Shown here: positions 7,705 to 17,285 of the stretch, piece after piece | How the letters are laid out: every line of letters starts with the position of its first letter | How positions within the stretch are numbered: the stretch's first letter is position 1 | Origin: Alphaproteobacteria bacterium | Lineage (GTDB): Bacteria > Pseudomonadota > Alphaproteobacteria > UBA828 | Length of the DNA: 64,000 nucleotides | Assembly (NCBI GenBank): GCA_963667785.2 | Contig: CAXXMU010000002.1 | Coordinates: 416,001-480,000, forward strand | Direction of reading: 5' to 3' | Position numbers and translations under genes: made by a program | Notes under the pieces: generated by a model | The model's database searches: none | What the model saw: the letters and a program-made list of their open reading frames with translations, nothing else | Told to the model about the DNA's origin: nothing

Positions 7705-8760
7705 ATGATCCCGCTGATCGACATCGCGCCCTTCCTCCACGGCTCGGCGGCCGACAAGGCGCGCACGGCGCGCGCGCTCGACGATGCCTGCCGCGAGATG
7801 GGCTGGTTGGTGATCACGGGCCACGGCGTGGCGGACGTGCTCATCGAGGAGATGCACGCCGTCAGCCGCGCCTATTTCGCGCTGCCCTACTGGGAGAAGA
7901 TGAAGCACAAGATGCCGGCGGACCGCTACCGCGGCTACACGCCGCCGGGGACGGAGAGCCTTGCCTACAGCCTGGACGAGGAGCGCCCGCCCGACCTCAA
8001 GGAGGCGTTCAGCATGGGGCCGGTGGATGGGGCTTGCGACGAGTATCACTACGGCGCCGCCGGCGCGCGCTATTTCGCGCCCAACATCTGGCCCGACCGG
8101 CCCGAGGCCATGCCCCGGGTCTGGGATGCCTACTATCGCGAGATGACCCGGCTCTCCGCCGACCTGATGCGGATATTCGCGCTCGCCCTCGACATGCCGG
8201 AGGAATTCTTCCAGCCGAAGATCGACGAGCACATCACCAATTTCAGTGCCATCTACTACCCGGCACAGGAGGAGGCGCCGCAGCCCGAGCAGCTTCGCGG
8301 CGGCGCCCACACCGATTACGGCTCCCTCACGCTGGTGCATTGCGATACCGCCGTGGGCGGGCTGCAGGTCCAGACCGAGGACGGCGCCTGGGAGGACGTG
8401 CCCTGGCTGCCCGACAGCTTCTCCGTCAATCTCGGCGACCTCATGGCGGAGTGGACCAACCATCGCTGGCGCTCGACCATGCACCGCATCGCCAACCCGC
8501 CCCGCGACAAGGCGCACCTCGATCGCCTGTCGCTCATCTTCTTCCACCAGCCCAACTACGACGCGGTGATCGAGTGCCTGCCGAGCTGCGTCAGCGCCGA
8601 CAACCCGGCGCGCTACGGGCGCACCACCTCGGGCGAGCACATCACGATGAAGCTGACCAAGCAGCGCGCGCCTGGGCTGGAGGCCGCGGCAGCCGGTGGG
8701 TCGGAAGGGCGGCCGAAGGCTTGGCTCTACCCGCCCGAGCAGGAGGAGCGCGCCGGCTGA
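7705..8760 (+). CDS. 2-oxoglutarate/Fe(II) oxygenase, isopenicillin N synthase-like
   Basis: IPLIDI N-terminus; AHTDYGSLT (HxD); STMHRI; RLSLIFF (RxS). Confidence 0.9.
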   Translation: MIPLIDIAPFLHGSAADKARTARALDDACREMGWLVITGHGVADVLIEEMHAVSRAYFALPYWEKMKHKMPADRYRGYTPPGTESLAYSLDEERPPDLKEAFSMGPVDGACDEYHYGAAGARYFAPNIWPDRPEAMPRVWDAYYREMTRLSADLMRIFALALDMPEEFFQPKIDEHITNFSAIYYPAQEEAPQPEQLRGGAHTDYGSLTLVHCDTAVGGLQVQTEDGAWEDVPWLPDSFSVNLGDLMAEWTNHRWRSTMHRIANPPRDKAHLDRLSLIFFHQPNYDAVIECLPSCVSADNPARYGRTTSGEHITMKLTKQRAPGLEAAAAGGSEGRPKAWLYPPEQEERAG

Positions 8761-8836
8761 AGGCCCCGTCCCACGTTTCACCCGAATGTGAATGGAGTTG
8801 GGATTCCGTGTGGCGCCCGCGTGCTAGCATCGCGCC

Positions 8837-9619
8837 ATGATCGAGAGACCGAGACTCGGAACCCTGCTCCGCGCCGGAGCGCTCGTCGCGGCACTCGCCC
8901 TGGTGCCGATGGCGGCGCAGGCGGACGATTCTTCGGCCGATCCCGCCGCCGATCCCAAGGTGGTCCTGGAGCTCTTCACCTCCCAGGGCTGCTCGTCGTG
9001 CCCGTCGGCCGATGCGCTGCTGGGCGAGCTGTCGGACACGCGGGACGACGTGGTCGCCCTCTCGTTCCACGTCGACTACTGGGACTATATCGGCTGGGAG
9101 GACCCGTTCGCGTCGGCGGAGACGACGGCGCGGCAGAGGGCGTATGCGAAGTCGCTCGGCATCGCCTATGTCTACACGCCCCAGCTCGTGGTCGACGGCG
9201 CTCACCACGTGGTCGGGTCCAGGCGGGACGACGTGAGGAACGCGATCGCCGCGTCGAAGACGGTGAAGGCGAGGCGGGTGCCGGTATCGCTCGCGTCCAC
9301 GGCCTCCGGCGGACTCGCCATCGAGATCGGCGCCGACGACAGCTACTACGGGTCTGCCAGGGTCCTGCTGGTGGCGATCGACCGGGCGCACACGACGCCC
9401 GTCGATGCCGGCGAGAACCGGGGGCGCACGCTCACCAACTACAACGTGGTGCGCGATTTCCAGTCCATCGGGAGATGGACCGGCGGCGCCACGTCGCTCG
9501 AGCTGGGGCCGGAGGCGACCAAGGGCCTCGGCGACGGCTGCGCGGTCCTCGTGCAGCAGGGCTGGGAGGGGCACGGCCGCATCCTGGGAGCGGACCTGGT
9601 CTGGCTCGACGGGGTCTGA
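8837..9619 (+). CDS. DUF1223 secreted thioredoxin-like protein
   Basis: Signal peptide; VLELFTSQGCSSCPSAD; HVDYWDYIGWEDPF; YTPQLVVDG. Confidence 0.9.
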   Translation: MIERPRLGTLLRAGALVAALALVPMAAQADDSSADPAADPKVVLELFTSQGCSSCPSADALLGELSDTRDDVVALSFHVDYWDYIGWEDPFASAETTARQRAYAKSLGIAYVYTPQLVVDGAHHVVGSRRDDVRNAIAASKTVKARRVPVSLASTASGGLAIEIGADDSYYGSARVLLVAIDRAHTTPVDAGENRGRTLTNYNVVRDFQSIGRWTGGATSLELGPEATKGLGDGCAVLVQQGWEGHGRILGADLVWLDGV

Positions 9620-9662
9620 CCCTCGCTCCGCCCGCGCGCCGGCCGTGATTCGCCCGCGCCCG

Positions 9663-11591
9663 TCAGTCCGTCAGCGCGCGCGATACCAGCCCTGAGAGAC
9701 GCCGGGTAAAGGCCGAAGGATCGGGCACCGGCTCGCCTTCGAGGATGAGCGCCTGATCCATCAGCAGGTGGGCGGCGTCCTCGAGCGCATCGGTCGCTCC
9801 CTTCTGCCCGACCATCCTGGCCAGCGCCCGGGTCAGGTCGTGGCCGGGGTTGATCTCGAGCACGCGCTTCTGCGCCGGCACCTCGTGCTTGTGCTGGCGC
9901 AGCAGCCTCTCCAGATGCATGTCGATGTCGCCTTCGTCGGCGACGAGGCAGACCGGGCTCTCGGTCAGGCGCTCCGAGGTCCGCACGTCCTTGACCGCGT
10001 CCGCCAGCGTGAGCTTCACCAGCGCGATCAGCTTGTCGATCTCGCCCGCCGCCGGCGCATCGGCCGCCGCCGTCTTCTCCTCGTCCTTGACGGCGAAGCG
10101 GTCGAGGTCCGATGCGCCCTGGGTGACCGAGCGAAACGGCTTCTCCCTGTAGGCGCCGATCATCGGCAGCCAGAACTGGTCGACCGGGTCGGCCATGAGG
10201 AGCACGTCGACGCCGCGCGCGCGGAAGCCCTCGATCTGCGGGCTGCGCCGGAGCGCCTGCGGGTCCTCGCCGCTGATGTAGTAGATCGCCTCCTGCTGCT
10301 CCGGCATGGCGTCGACATACTCGTCGAGGGAGAGCCAGCGCTCGCCGCCCTGCACCGACTGGAAACGCACGAGCGGCAGCAGCTTGTCCTTCTGCTCGGC
10401 GTCCTCGTAGAGCCCTTCCTTCAGCACCGCGCCGAAGTTCTGCCAGAACGACGCGTACTCCTCCGGCGCCTTCTTGGCCCGCTTCGCGAGGTCGGAGAAG
10501 ACCCGCTTGACCAGCCCGGCGCGGATCTTCGCCAGGATCGGGTCGTTCTGCAGGGTCTCGCGGCTGACGTTGAGCGCGAGATCGGCCGAATCCACCACGC
10601 CCCGCACGAAGCGGAGATAGGGCGGCAGCAGCCCCTCGCACTCGTCGGTGATGAAGACCCGCCTGACGTAGAGGCGCACGCCGTGCCGGCGCATCGGGTC
10701 GAACAGGTCGAAGGGCCTGGTGTCGGGCACGAAGAGGAGCGCGGTGTATTCGATCCGCCCTTCGGCGTGCAGGTGGATGGTGTGCCAGGGGTCGCCCGGC
10801 ACGTGGGCGACATGGTGGTAGAACTCGCGGTACTGGTCCTCGCCGATCTCGCTCCGCGGCCGGCTCCAGAGAGCCGAGCCCTCGTTGACCATCTCCTTCT
10901 GGCCGCCCTCGTTCTCGAGCCAGATCGGCAGGCCGACATGGTCGGAGTAGGCCTTGACGACGGTACGGATGCGGAGCGGCTCCAGGAACTCCCGCGCCTC
11001 CTTGCGCAGGTGGAGCTCGATGCGGGTGCCGCGTGCGGCGTCGGCCTCCGGCGCGATGGTGAAGGAGCCGGTCCCGTCCGAGCGCCAGCGCCAGCCCTCG
11101 GCCTCGTCCGCCCTGCGGGTCACGACGTCGACGCGCTTGGCGACCATGAAGGAGGAGTAGAAGCCCACGCCGAACTGGCCGATGAGCCCGGCGGCGAGCC
11201 CGGCCGGTCCGTCCTGCGCGTCCTCCTCGTCCGCACCCTCGCCGTCCTGCGCCTCGGCCATCTGCTTGACGAACGCCTCGGTGCCCGAGCGCGCGATGGT
11301 GCCGAGATTGTCGATCAGTTCGTCGTGGCTCATGCCGATGCCGTTGTCGGCGACCGCCAGCACGCCGGCCTTGCCGTCCGGCGTGATCGTCACCTGGAGC
11401 GCGGCATCGTCACCGAGCAGGTCGGGCTGGGTGATCGCCGCGTAGCGCAGCTTGTCGCACGCGTCGGACGCGTTGGAGATCAGCTCGCGTAGGAAGATCT
11501 CCTTGTCGCGGTAGAGCGAGTTGGCCATGAGGCCGAGCAGCTTGCTGACCTCGGCCTGGAACGCGTGGCGCTCTCCGTTCGTGTTCGCCAT
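9663..11591 (-). CDS. htpG: Molecular chaperone HtpG (Hsp90)
   Basis: FQAEVSKLL, EIFLRELISNASDA, DNGIGM, LGTIARSGT, IGQFGVGFYS, LEINPGH. Confidence 0.97.
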   Translation of the reverse strand: MANTNGERHAFQAEVSKLLGLMANSLYRDKEIFLRELISNASDACDKLRYAAITQPDLLGDDAALQVTITPDGKAGVLAVADNGIGMSHDELIDNLGTIARSGTEAFVKQMAEAQDGEGADEEDAQDGPAGLAAGLIGQFGVGFYSSFMVAKRVDVVTRRADEAEGWRWRSDGTGSFTIAPEADAARGTRIELHLRKEAREFLEPLRIRTVVKAYSDHVGLPIWLENEGGQKEMVNEGSALWSRPRSEIGEDQYREFYHHVAHVPGDPWHTIHLHAEGRIEYTALLFVPDTRPFDLFDPMRRHGVRLYVRRVFITDECEGLLPPYLRFVRGVVDSADLALNVSRETLQNDPILAKIRAGLVKRVFSDLAKRAKKAPEEYASFWQNFGAVLKEGLYEDAEQKDKLLPLVRFQSVQGGERWLSLDEYVDAMPEQQEAIYYISGEDPQALRRSPQIEGFRARGVDVLLMADPVDQFWLPMIGAYREKPFRSVTQGASDLDRFAVKDEEKTAAADAPAAGEIDKLIALVKLTLADAVKDVRTSERLTESPVCLVADEGDIDMHLERLLRQHKHEVPAQKRVLEINPGHDLTRALARMVGQKGATDALEDAAHLLMDQALILEGEPVPDPSAFTRRLSGLVSRALTD

Positions 11592-11640
11592 CAGCCCCTC
11601 CGATGTGCCCGTTGGCCGGCGTATCGGGCGTGTCGGGGCG

Positions 11641-11671
11641 CTATATGTGACGAAGCCGCCAGCGGTTCAAG
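11641..11671 (-). promoter_or_regulatory. Probable RpoH (sigma32) promoter of htpG
   Basis: Minus strand CTTGAA-N16-CACATATAG about 50 nt upstream of the htpG ATG, resembling the alphaproteobacterial RpoH consensus CTTGAA-N15/16-CCTATAT. Confidence 0.6.
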
Positions 11672-11716
11672 CCCATGGTCGCGTGCTACGGGCCACGGGA
11701 GCGGGCAGGCGCGAGC

Positions 11717-12184
11717 CTACTCCAGCGCGCCGAGCTGCTCGCCTTCCAGAAGCCGCTCCAGGACGATGCCGTCGGACTGCTCGTACCGGCCGTCGCCCAG
11801 CGGCGTGACGTGCTTGCAGAATTCCTTGGGGCCCATCGGAATTCCCGGGTAATTGGTGCAGAACTGGCCGCCATCGTCGAAGTAGTATGTTCCGTCATAG
11901 TTGAAGGTTCCAAACAACGTCTTCGCCTTCAATTTGGCCGTCCCGTCGGAGGCAAAATACTCCGCTGCGTTTATGTTTCTCTTGGCATCGATGCTGATGA
12001 CGGTATTCCCTACGACGAGGTCCCGGACTTCGGCAACGGTCATCTCGCCGGCGGGAGCGGCGGCTTCCGGCGCGGCGGGTTCCGGCGCTATCGAGGCCAT
12101 CTGCGGCGGCTGACAGGCCGCGACGGTGAGACCCAGGGCCGCGGCCGTCAGGCCGGCGGCCGCAATCTTCGCGAGACGAGCCAT
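11717..12184 (-). CDS. Hypothetical lipoprotein
   Basis: MARLAKIAAAGLTAAALGLTVAAC lipobox, Pro/Ala linker, then a small domain with two Cys. This is the real part of the 748-aa track ORF. Confidence 0.65.
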   Translation of the reverse strand: MARLAKIAAAGLTAAALGLTVAACQPPQMASIAPEPAAPEAAAPAGEMTVAEVRDLVVGNTVISIDAKRNINAAEYFASDGTAKLKAKTLFGTFNYDGTYYFDDGGQFCTNYPGIPMGPKEFCKHVTPLGDGRYEQSDGIVLERLLEGEQLGALE

Positions 12185-12373
12185 TCGATGATCTCCCGGC
12201 GAGAGGAACGGATGAGCTGTGCAGGACCATTCTAGCCGACCGCGCGAACTGACATAGCCGCGATTGCCGAAGGCGGACGGCCTTCCAAGTTGGGTTGCCA
12301 GGGACGCAGGAGGGCGGGGAAGGGACCGCCGAACGGACTTGCCAAACCGGACGGGACCGCCAATCCTCCCGCC

Positions 12374-14914
12374 ATGGCTCGGCCCGTTGCCGAAAACGCC
12401 TCCGTCACCGCGCTGCTCGGCCCGACCAATACGGGCAAGACCCACCTGGCGGTCGAGCGGATGCTGGCTCACCGCACCGGCATGATGGGCTTTCCGCTCC
12501 GCCTGCTCGCGCGCGAGGTCTACGACCGGGTCGCGGCGGCGAAGGGGGAGCAGTCCGTTGCCCTGGTGACGGGGGAGGAGAAACGGGTCCCGGCGGATCC
12601 CCGCTATTTCGTCTGCACCGTGGAATCGATGCCGCTGGACCGGGCGGTCGAGTTCGTCGCCGTGGACGAGATCCAGCTCGCCGGCGACCGCGAGCGCGGC
12701 CACGTCTTCACCGACCGCCTGCTCCGCGCGCGCGGCACGGCGGAGACCATGTTCCTCGGCGCCGACACGATGCGCCCCCTGCTCCGCACGCTCGTGCCGG
12801 AGGCGCGATTCACCGCCCGGCCCAGGCTGTCGACGCTCTCGCACGAGGGGCACTGCAAGCCCGCGCGGCTCAAGCCCCGCAACGCGGTCATCGCGTTCTC
12901 GACCGAATCGGTCTACGCGCTGGCCGAGCGCATCCGCGGGCTCCGGGGCGGCTGCGCGGTGGTGCTGGGGGCGCTCAGCCCGCGCACGCGGAACGCCCAG
13001 GTGGCGCTCTACCAGGCGGGCGAGGTGGACAGCCTGGTGGCCACCGACGCCATCGGCATGGGGCTCAACCTGGACCTGGAGCACGTGGCGTTCTCCGCCT
13101 ACCGGAAGTTCGACGGTCGCTCCACGCGGATGCTGTCGGCCGCCGAGATCGCGCAGATCGCCGGCCGCGCCGGCCGCAACCTGACCGACGGCAGCTTCGG
13201 CACCACCGGCGATGCTCCGCCCTTCGAGCCCGCGCTCGTGCAGGCGATCGAGGATCATCGCTTCCCGCCGGTGCAGCGGGCGTACTGGCGCAACGCCGCT
13301 ATCGCGTTCGACTCGCTCCCGGCGCTGCTGGAGTCGCTGGCGGCGCCGCCGCCGCTGCCGGGTCTCAGGCGCGCCCACGATGCCGACGACCACAGGACGC
13401 TGCTCACGCTGGCGCGCGATCCCGCGGTGGCGGAGACGCTGACCGGCGCCGACCGGGTCGCGCTCCTCTGGGAGGCGTGTCAGATCCCCGACTTCCGCAA
13501 GACCATGGCGGAGGACCACGTGGCTCTCGTCCGCCGTATCTACCTCTACCTGGTCGAGAGCGGGCGCCTGCCGCAGGACTGGGTCGCGCGCTCGATCGAG
13601 CGGCTGGCGCCGGGTGAGGGGGACATCGACACGCTGACCGCCCGGATCAGCCACGTGCGGACCTGGACCTACGTCTCCCATCGTCCCGGCTGGGTCGACG
13701 ATGCGCAGGGCTGGCAGGAGCGCACGCGGGCGCTGGAGGACGCGCTCTCCGATGCGCTCCATACGCGGCTCACTCACCTCTTCGTGGACCGCAAGGCGCG
13801 CCGGCACCGGCAGGGCGGGCGCATCGACGGGGCGCTCTTCGCCGTCGTCGGCGACGGCGGGGCCGTGACGGTCGAGGGCGAGCGGGTCGGCGTCTTCCAT
13901 GGCTTCCGCTTCCGCCCCGATACGGAGGCCGAGCGCAGCCGCGCGCTGCTGGCGGCCGCGCATCGCACGGTGGAGCGCGAGGTGGCCCGCCGGGTCGCGG
14001 CGGCGGTGGCGGACGGCGACGATGCGTTCGCGCTCGGCGTCGAGCCCGGACAGGAAGACGCGCCGCCTTGGGGAGAGATCGCCTGGCGCGGTGCCGCCGT
14101 CGCCCGCCTCGCCCGGGGCGATGCCCCGCTCAGGCCGCAGGCCGCGCTCGTCGGCGATGACCAGATGAGCGCGGCGCAGCGCGAGCGGGTGCGCCGGCGC
14201 CTCCAGTCGTGGCTCGATCGCACCCTCGCGCGTGACGCAGGGCCGCTGCTGGCGCTCGGCGAGGCGGCGCTGACCGGGCCGGCACGGGGCATAGCGTTTG
14301 CGCTGGGGGAGGCCGTGGGCTGCCTGCCGCGCCGCGCGCTCGCGCCCCAGATCGCCGCGCTCGACGCCGCCGGACGGCGCGATCTCGCTGCCGCCGGTGT
14401 GCAGCTCGGCGCGCTCAGCGTCTTCATGCCGGCCATGCTGAAGCCGGCACGCATGCGCTGCGCGGGGCTTCTGTGGTGGGCCTGGAACGATGCCGGGCGG
14501 CTACCGCCCGCGCCGGGCTCCACAGTCTCGATGGAGCGCGATCCCGCCGTTCCCGATGCGTGCTACGCGGCCCTGGGCCTGGTCCCGCTCGGCTCCCAGG
14601 TGGTCCGCGCGGACATCGCCGAACGCATTGCCGCCCGCCTTCGCAAGGCGGCCCGGCGGGAGCCCTTCGCGATCGATTCCGGCCTGCTGAAGCTCGCCGC
14701 CTGCAAGCGCGCGAAGTTCGACGAGATCCTTGCAGCTCTCGGCTACGCGCAGGCGGGCGTGGGCACCGACGGGCGCCCGCGCTACGCGCGGAACGCCGCG
14801 CGCCCGCGCCAGCCGACGCACGAGCGAAAGCGCGGCCGGCGGAGGAGGGTGGACCCCGATTCGCCGTTCGCCAAGCTGCGCGTGCTCGCCCCCGGCACCG
14901 CGCGTCCGTCGTGA
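12374..14914 (+). CDS. Suv3/MgpS-like SF2 helicase
   Basis: LGPTNTGKT, PLRLLARE, DEIQL, VATDAIGMGLN, QIAGRAGR; C-terminal DPDSPFAKL. Confidence 0.92.
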   Translation: MARPVAENASVTALLGPTNTGKTHLAVERMLAHRTGMMGFPLRLLAREVYDRVAAAKGEQSVALVTGEEKRVPADPRYFVCTVESMPLDRAVEFVAVDEIQLAGDRERGHVFTDRLLRARGTAETMFLGADTMRPLLRTLVPEARFTARPRLSTLSHEGHCKPARLKPRNAVIAFSTESVYALAERIRGLRGGCAVVLGALSPRTRNAQVALYQAGEVDSLVATDAIGMGLNLDLEHVAFSAYRKFDGRSTRMLSAAEIAQIAGRAGRNLTDGSFGTTGDAPPFEPALVQAIEDHRFPPVQRAYWRNAAIAFDSLPALLESLAAPPPLPGLRRAHDADDHRTLLTLARDPAVAETLTGADRVALLWEACQIPDFRKTMAEDHVALVRRIYLYLVESGRLPQDWVARSIERLAPGEGDIDTLTARISHVRTWTYVSHRPGWVDDAQGWQERTRALEDALSDALHTRLTHLFVDRKARRHRQGGRIDGALFAVVGDGGAVTVEGERVGVFHGFRFRPDTEAERSRALLAAAHRTVEREVARRVAAAVADGDDAFALGVEPGQEDAPPWGEIAWRGAAVARLARGDAPLRPQAALVGDDQMSAAQRERVRRRLQSWLDRTLARDAGPLLALGEAALTGPARGIAFALGEAVGCLPRRALAPQIAALDAAGRRDLAAAGVQLGALSVFMPAMLKPARMRCAGLLWWAWNDAGRLPPAPGSTVSMERDPAVPDACYAALGLVPLGSQVVRADIAERIAARLRKAARREPFAIDSGLLKLAACKRAKFDEILAALGYAQAGVGTDGRPRYARNAARPRQPTHERKRGRRRRVDPDSPFAKLRVLAPGTARPS

Positions 14915-15195
14915 CGCGCGACGAGCGCGCGCCTGCGGTGAGCAGGCTGGACAAGTGGCTCTGGCACGCGCGCTTCTTCAAGACGCGGGGATTGGCGCAG
15001 AAGGCCTGCGAAGCCGGGCGCATCCGCGTCAACGGCCGCCGCATCACCAAGGCGCACCGGAGCATCGGTCCGGGCGACGTGCTGACCTTCGTCCAGGGGC
15101 GGCTGGTCAGGATCGTGCGCGTCTCGGCGGTGGCAGAGCGGCGCGGGCCGGCACCCGAGGCGCAGCGCCTCTACGAGGATATCGGGAGCGAGTGA
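14911..15195 (+). CDS. hslR: S4-domain RNA-binding protein, Hsp15
   Basis: RLDKWLWHARFFKTR...RRGPAPEAQRLYED; GTGA overlap with the helicase stop. Confidence 0.88.
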   Translation: MTRDERAPAVSRLDKWLWHARFFKTRGLAQKACEAGRIRVNGRRITKAHRSIGPGDVLTFVQGRLVRIVRVSAVAERRGPAPEAQRLYEDIGSE

Positions 15196-15267
15196 GACCC
15201 GCGGAGTACGCATGGGCGCCCCCGGCGGCTCTTGAGTCCGCCGCCACCGGTATGATACGCAGCGCCC

Positions 15268-15747
15268 GTGATCGATCGCATCAAGACACTGTTGAGCGCC
15301 GGCGTCGCGAACGGTGGCGCGCAGGAGGAGCCGGACACCCCGCGCCTCGCGGCGGCCGCGCTGCTGGTCGAGGCCGCGTGCATGGACGGGGAGTTCGACG
15401 GCGATGAGCGCGATGCCGTCTGCGCTGCGCTGGGCGAGCACTTCGGACTCAGCGACGCGGAGGCCGGCACCCTGATCGGCGAGGCCGAGGCGGTCCACCA
15501 CGAGGCGACCGACCTGCATCGATTCACGCGCACCATCAACGACCGCTACGATCATGCGGACCGGCTCGCCGTGATGGAGATGCTGTGGCAGGTGGTCTAC
15601 GCGGACGGCCGCCTGCACGCGTACGAGGCCAATCTGATCCGCCGCGTCGGCGGGTTGCTTCACATCACGGACCGGGAGCGGGGCGAGGCGCGCAAGCGGG
15701 TCCTGGCCCGTGCCGGGGACGGCGGGGAGCAGCCGGCCGCTTCCTGA
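15268..15747 (+). CDS. TerB-family protein
   Basis: [34 protein letters not shown]. Confidence 0.85.
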   Translation: MIDRIKTLLSAGVANGGAQEEPDTPRLAAAALLVEAACMDGEFDGDERDAVCAALGEHFGLSDAEAGTLIGEAEAVHHEATDLHRFTRTINDRYDHADRLAVMEMLWQVVYADGRLHAYEANLIRRVGGLLHITDRERGEARKRVLARAGDGGEQPAAS

Positions 15748-15793
15748 GGGAGGGGTCGCGGCGCTCGCGAGCGGAGCACGGAGCGAGAAGCGA

Positions 15794-16138
15794 ATGACGT
15801 ATCTGGTGATCGAGTCCTGCATCCGGTGCAAGTATCAGGACTGCGTCGAGGTGTGCCCGGTGGATTGCTTCTACGAAGGCGAGAACATGCTCGTGATCCA
15901 CCCGGACGAGTGCATCGACTGCGGCGTGTGCGAGCCCGAGTGTCCGGTCGAGGCCATCATTCCCGACACCGCCGGCGACGACGACGAGGGGAAATGGTTG
16001 GAGATCAACCGCAAGTTCGCCGAGATCTGGCCCAATATCACGCGCAAGGGCGATCCGCCCGATGACGCCGACGATTTCAAGGACGAGGACGGCAAGTTCG
16101 AGAAGTATTTCTCCGACAAGCCCGGAGAAGGGGCCTGA
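15794..16138 (+). CDS. fdxA: 7Fe/8Fe ferredoxin FdxA
   Basis: [29 protein letters not shown]...[12 protein letters not shown]. Confidence 0.95.
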   Translation: MTYLVIESCIRCKYQDCVEVCPVDCFYEGENMLVIHPDECIDCGVCEPECPVEAIIPDTAGDDDEGKWLEINRKFAEIWPNITRKGDPPDDADDFKDEDGKFEKYFSDKPGEGA

Positions 16139-16336
16139 CCCGCAGTTTTCACTCGACCGGGTCCACGGCGAGCGAAATTGGCCCGCAATCCGGGCCGAAA
16201 CCTGGAAATTGCGGCTCGACTGTGATAGAACGAAGACGATTCGTGGCGGGTATGGAATGAACGGTTTCCCGCCCCGCGGCGCTGCCGAAATTGCGACAGC
16301 GCGTGGCTCCCGTTCGAGCAAGGAACAGCAGGTAAA

Positions 16337-17263
16337 GTGAGCAGCAAGGCGCCGCCCAAATCCAAGTCCCCCGTCAAGAAGCAGACCACGACCAAGGCTC
16401 GAAAAGGCTCCGCCGCCGCGGGGGCCGGTTCTCGGTCGCAGGCGTCGGCGCGCGCGCGGACGACGGCAAAGAAGACGGCTGCAGGCACCGCGCGGCGGTC
16501 TGACCCGCGGCGGGCGACGAAGCAGCCGGAGGCTCCGGAGGACGATGCCGTGAAGCCGGAGGCGGGGGCCGGGCGCACCAAGGGCGCCGCGGCCTCCAAG
16601 GCCTCCAGATCATCCGGCACCGCCAAAGCCACCAAGACCAGCAGAACCAGCAAGGGCGCCAAGGCCGCCAGGGCCGGGGGCGGGACGAAGACCGGGCGTG
16701 CCGGCAAGGCCGCTGCCGGGAGCAAGGGCGGCGCCGGCGGCGAGACCCGGCGCAGGAAGAAGGCGCCGACGAAGGTCAACGGTTTCGCGGTCGGCGATCA
16801 CGTGGTCTATCCGGCCCACGGCGTCGGCCGCATCACCGGGATCGACGAGCGTGCGGTCGGCGACCAGACCCTGCAGATGTTCGTCGTGGCCTTCGAGAAG
16901 GACAAGATGACCCTCCTGGTGCCGACCGGGAAGGTCGATTCCGCCGGCATGCGCCGGCTGAGCTCGCGGGAGACCATGGACGCGGCGATCTCCGCACTGC
17001 GGGGCCGCGCACGCACGCGCCGCGTCATGTGGAGCAGACGCGCACAGGAGTACGAGGCGAAGCTCAATTCGGGCGATCCGGTTTCCATCGCCGAGGTCGT
17101 CCGGGACCTGCACCGCAATGTCGGCCAGCCCGATCAGAGCTACAGCGAGCGCCAGATGTACGAGGCGGCGCTCGATCGGCTGGCGCGGGAGTTCGCGGCG
17201 GTCGAGAACACCGATACCGAGCAGGCCGCGAACAAGCTCGAGGACGTCCTACGCGCGGCGTAG
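16337..17263 (+). CDS. carD: CarD-family transcription factor with long basic low-complexity N-terminal extension
   Basis: C-terminal GDHVVYPAHGVGRI...MWSRRAQEYEAKLNSGD...SYSERQMYE. About 145 aa of K/A/R/G/T/S-rich sequence precedes it, with no ATG near the domain. Confidence 0.9.
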   Translation: MSSKAPPKSKSPVKKQTTTKARKGSAAAGAGSRSQASARARTTAKKTAAGTARRSDPRRATKQPEAPEDDAVKPEAGAGRTKGAAASKASRSSGTAKATKTSRTSKGAKAARAGGGTKTGRAGKAAAGSKGGAGGETRRRKKAPTKVNGFAVGDHVVYPAHGVGRITGIDERAVGDQTLQMFVVAFEKDKMTLLVPTGKVDSAGMRRLSSRETMDAAISALRGRARTRRVMWSRRAQEYEAKLNSGDPVSIAEVVRDLHRNVGQPDQSYSERQMYEAALDRLAREFAAVENTDTEQAANKLEDVLRAA

Positions 17264-17285
17264 GATCCCGCCTCGCCGCGACCAC

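Noticed and set aside
11717-13963. 748-aa minus-strand ORF
   Set aside because: The first ~590 aa are the antisense shadow of the helicase; only 11717-12184 looks like a real gene.
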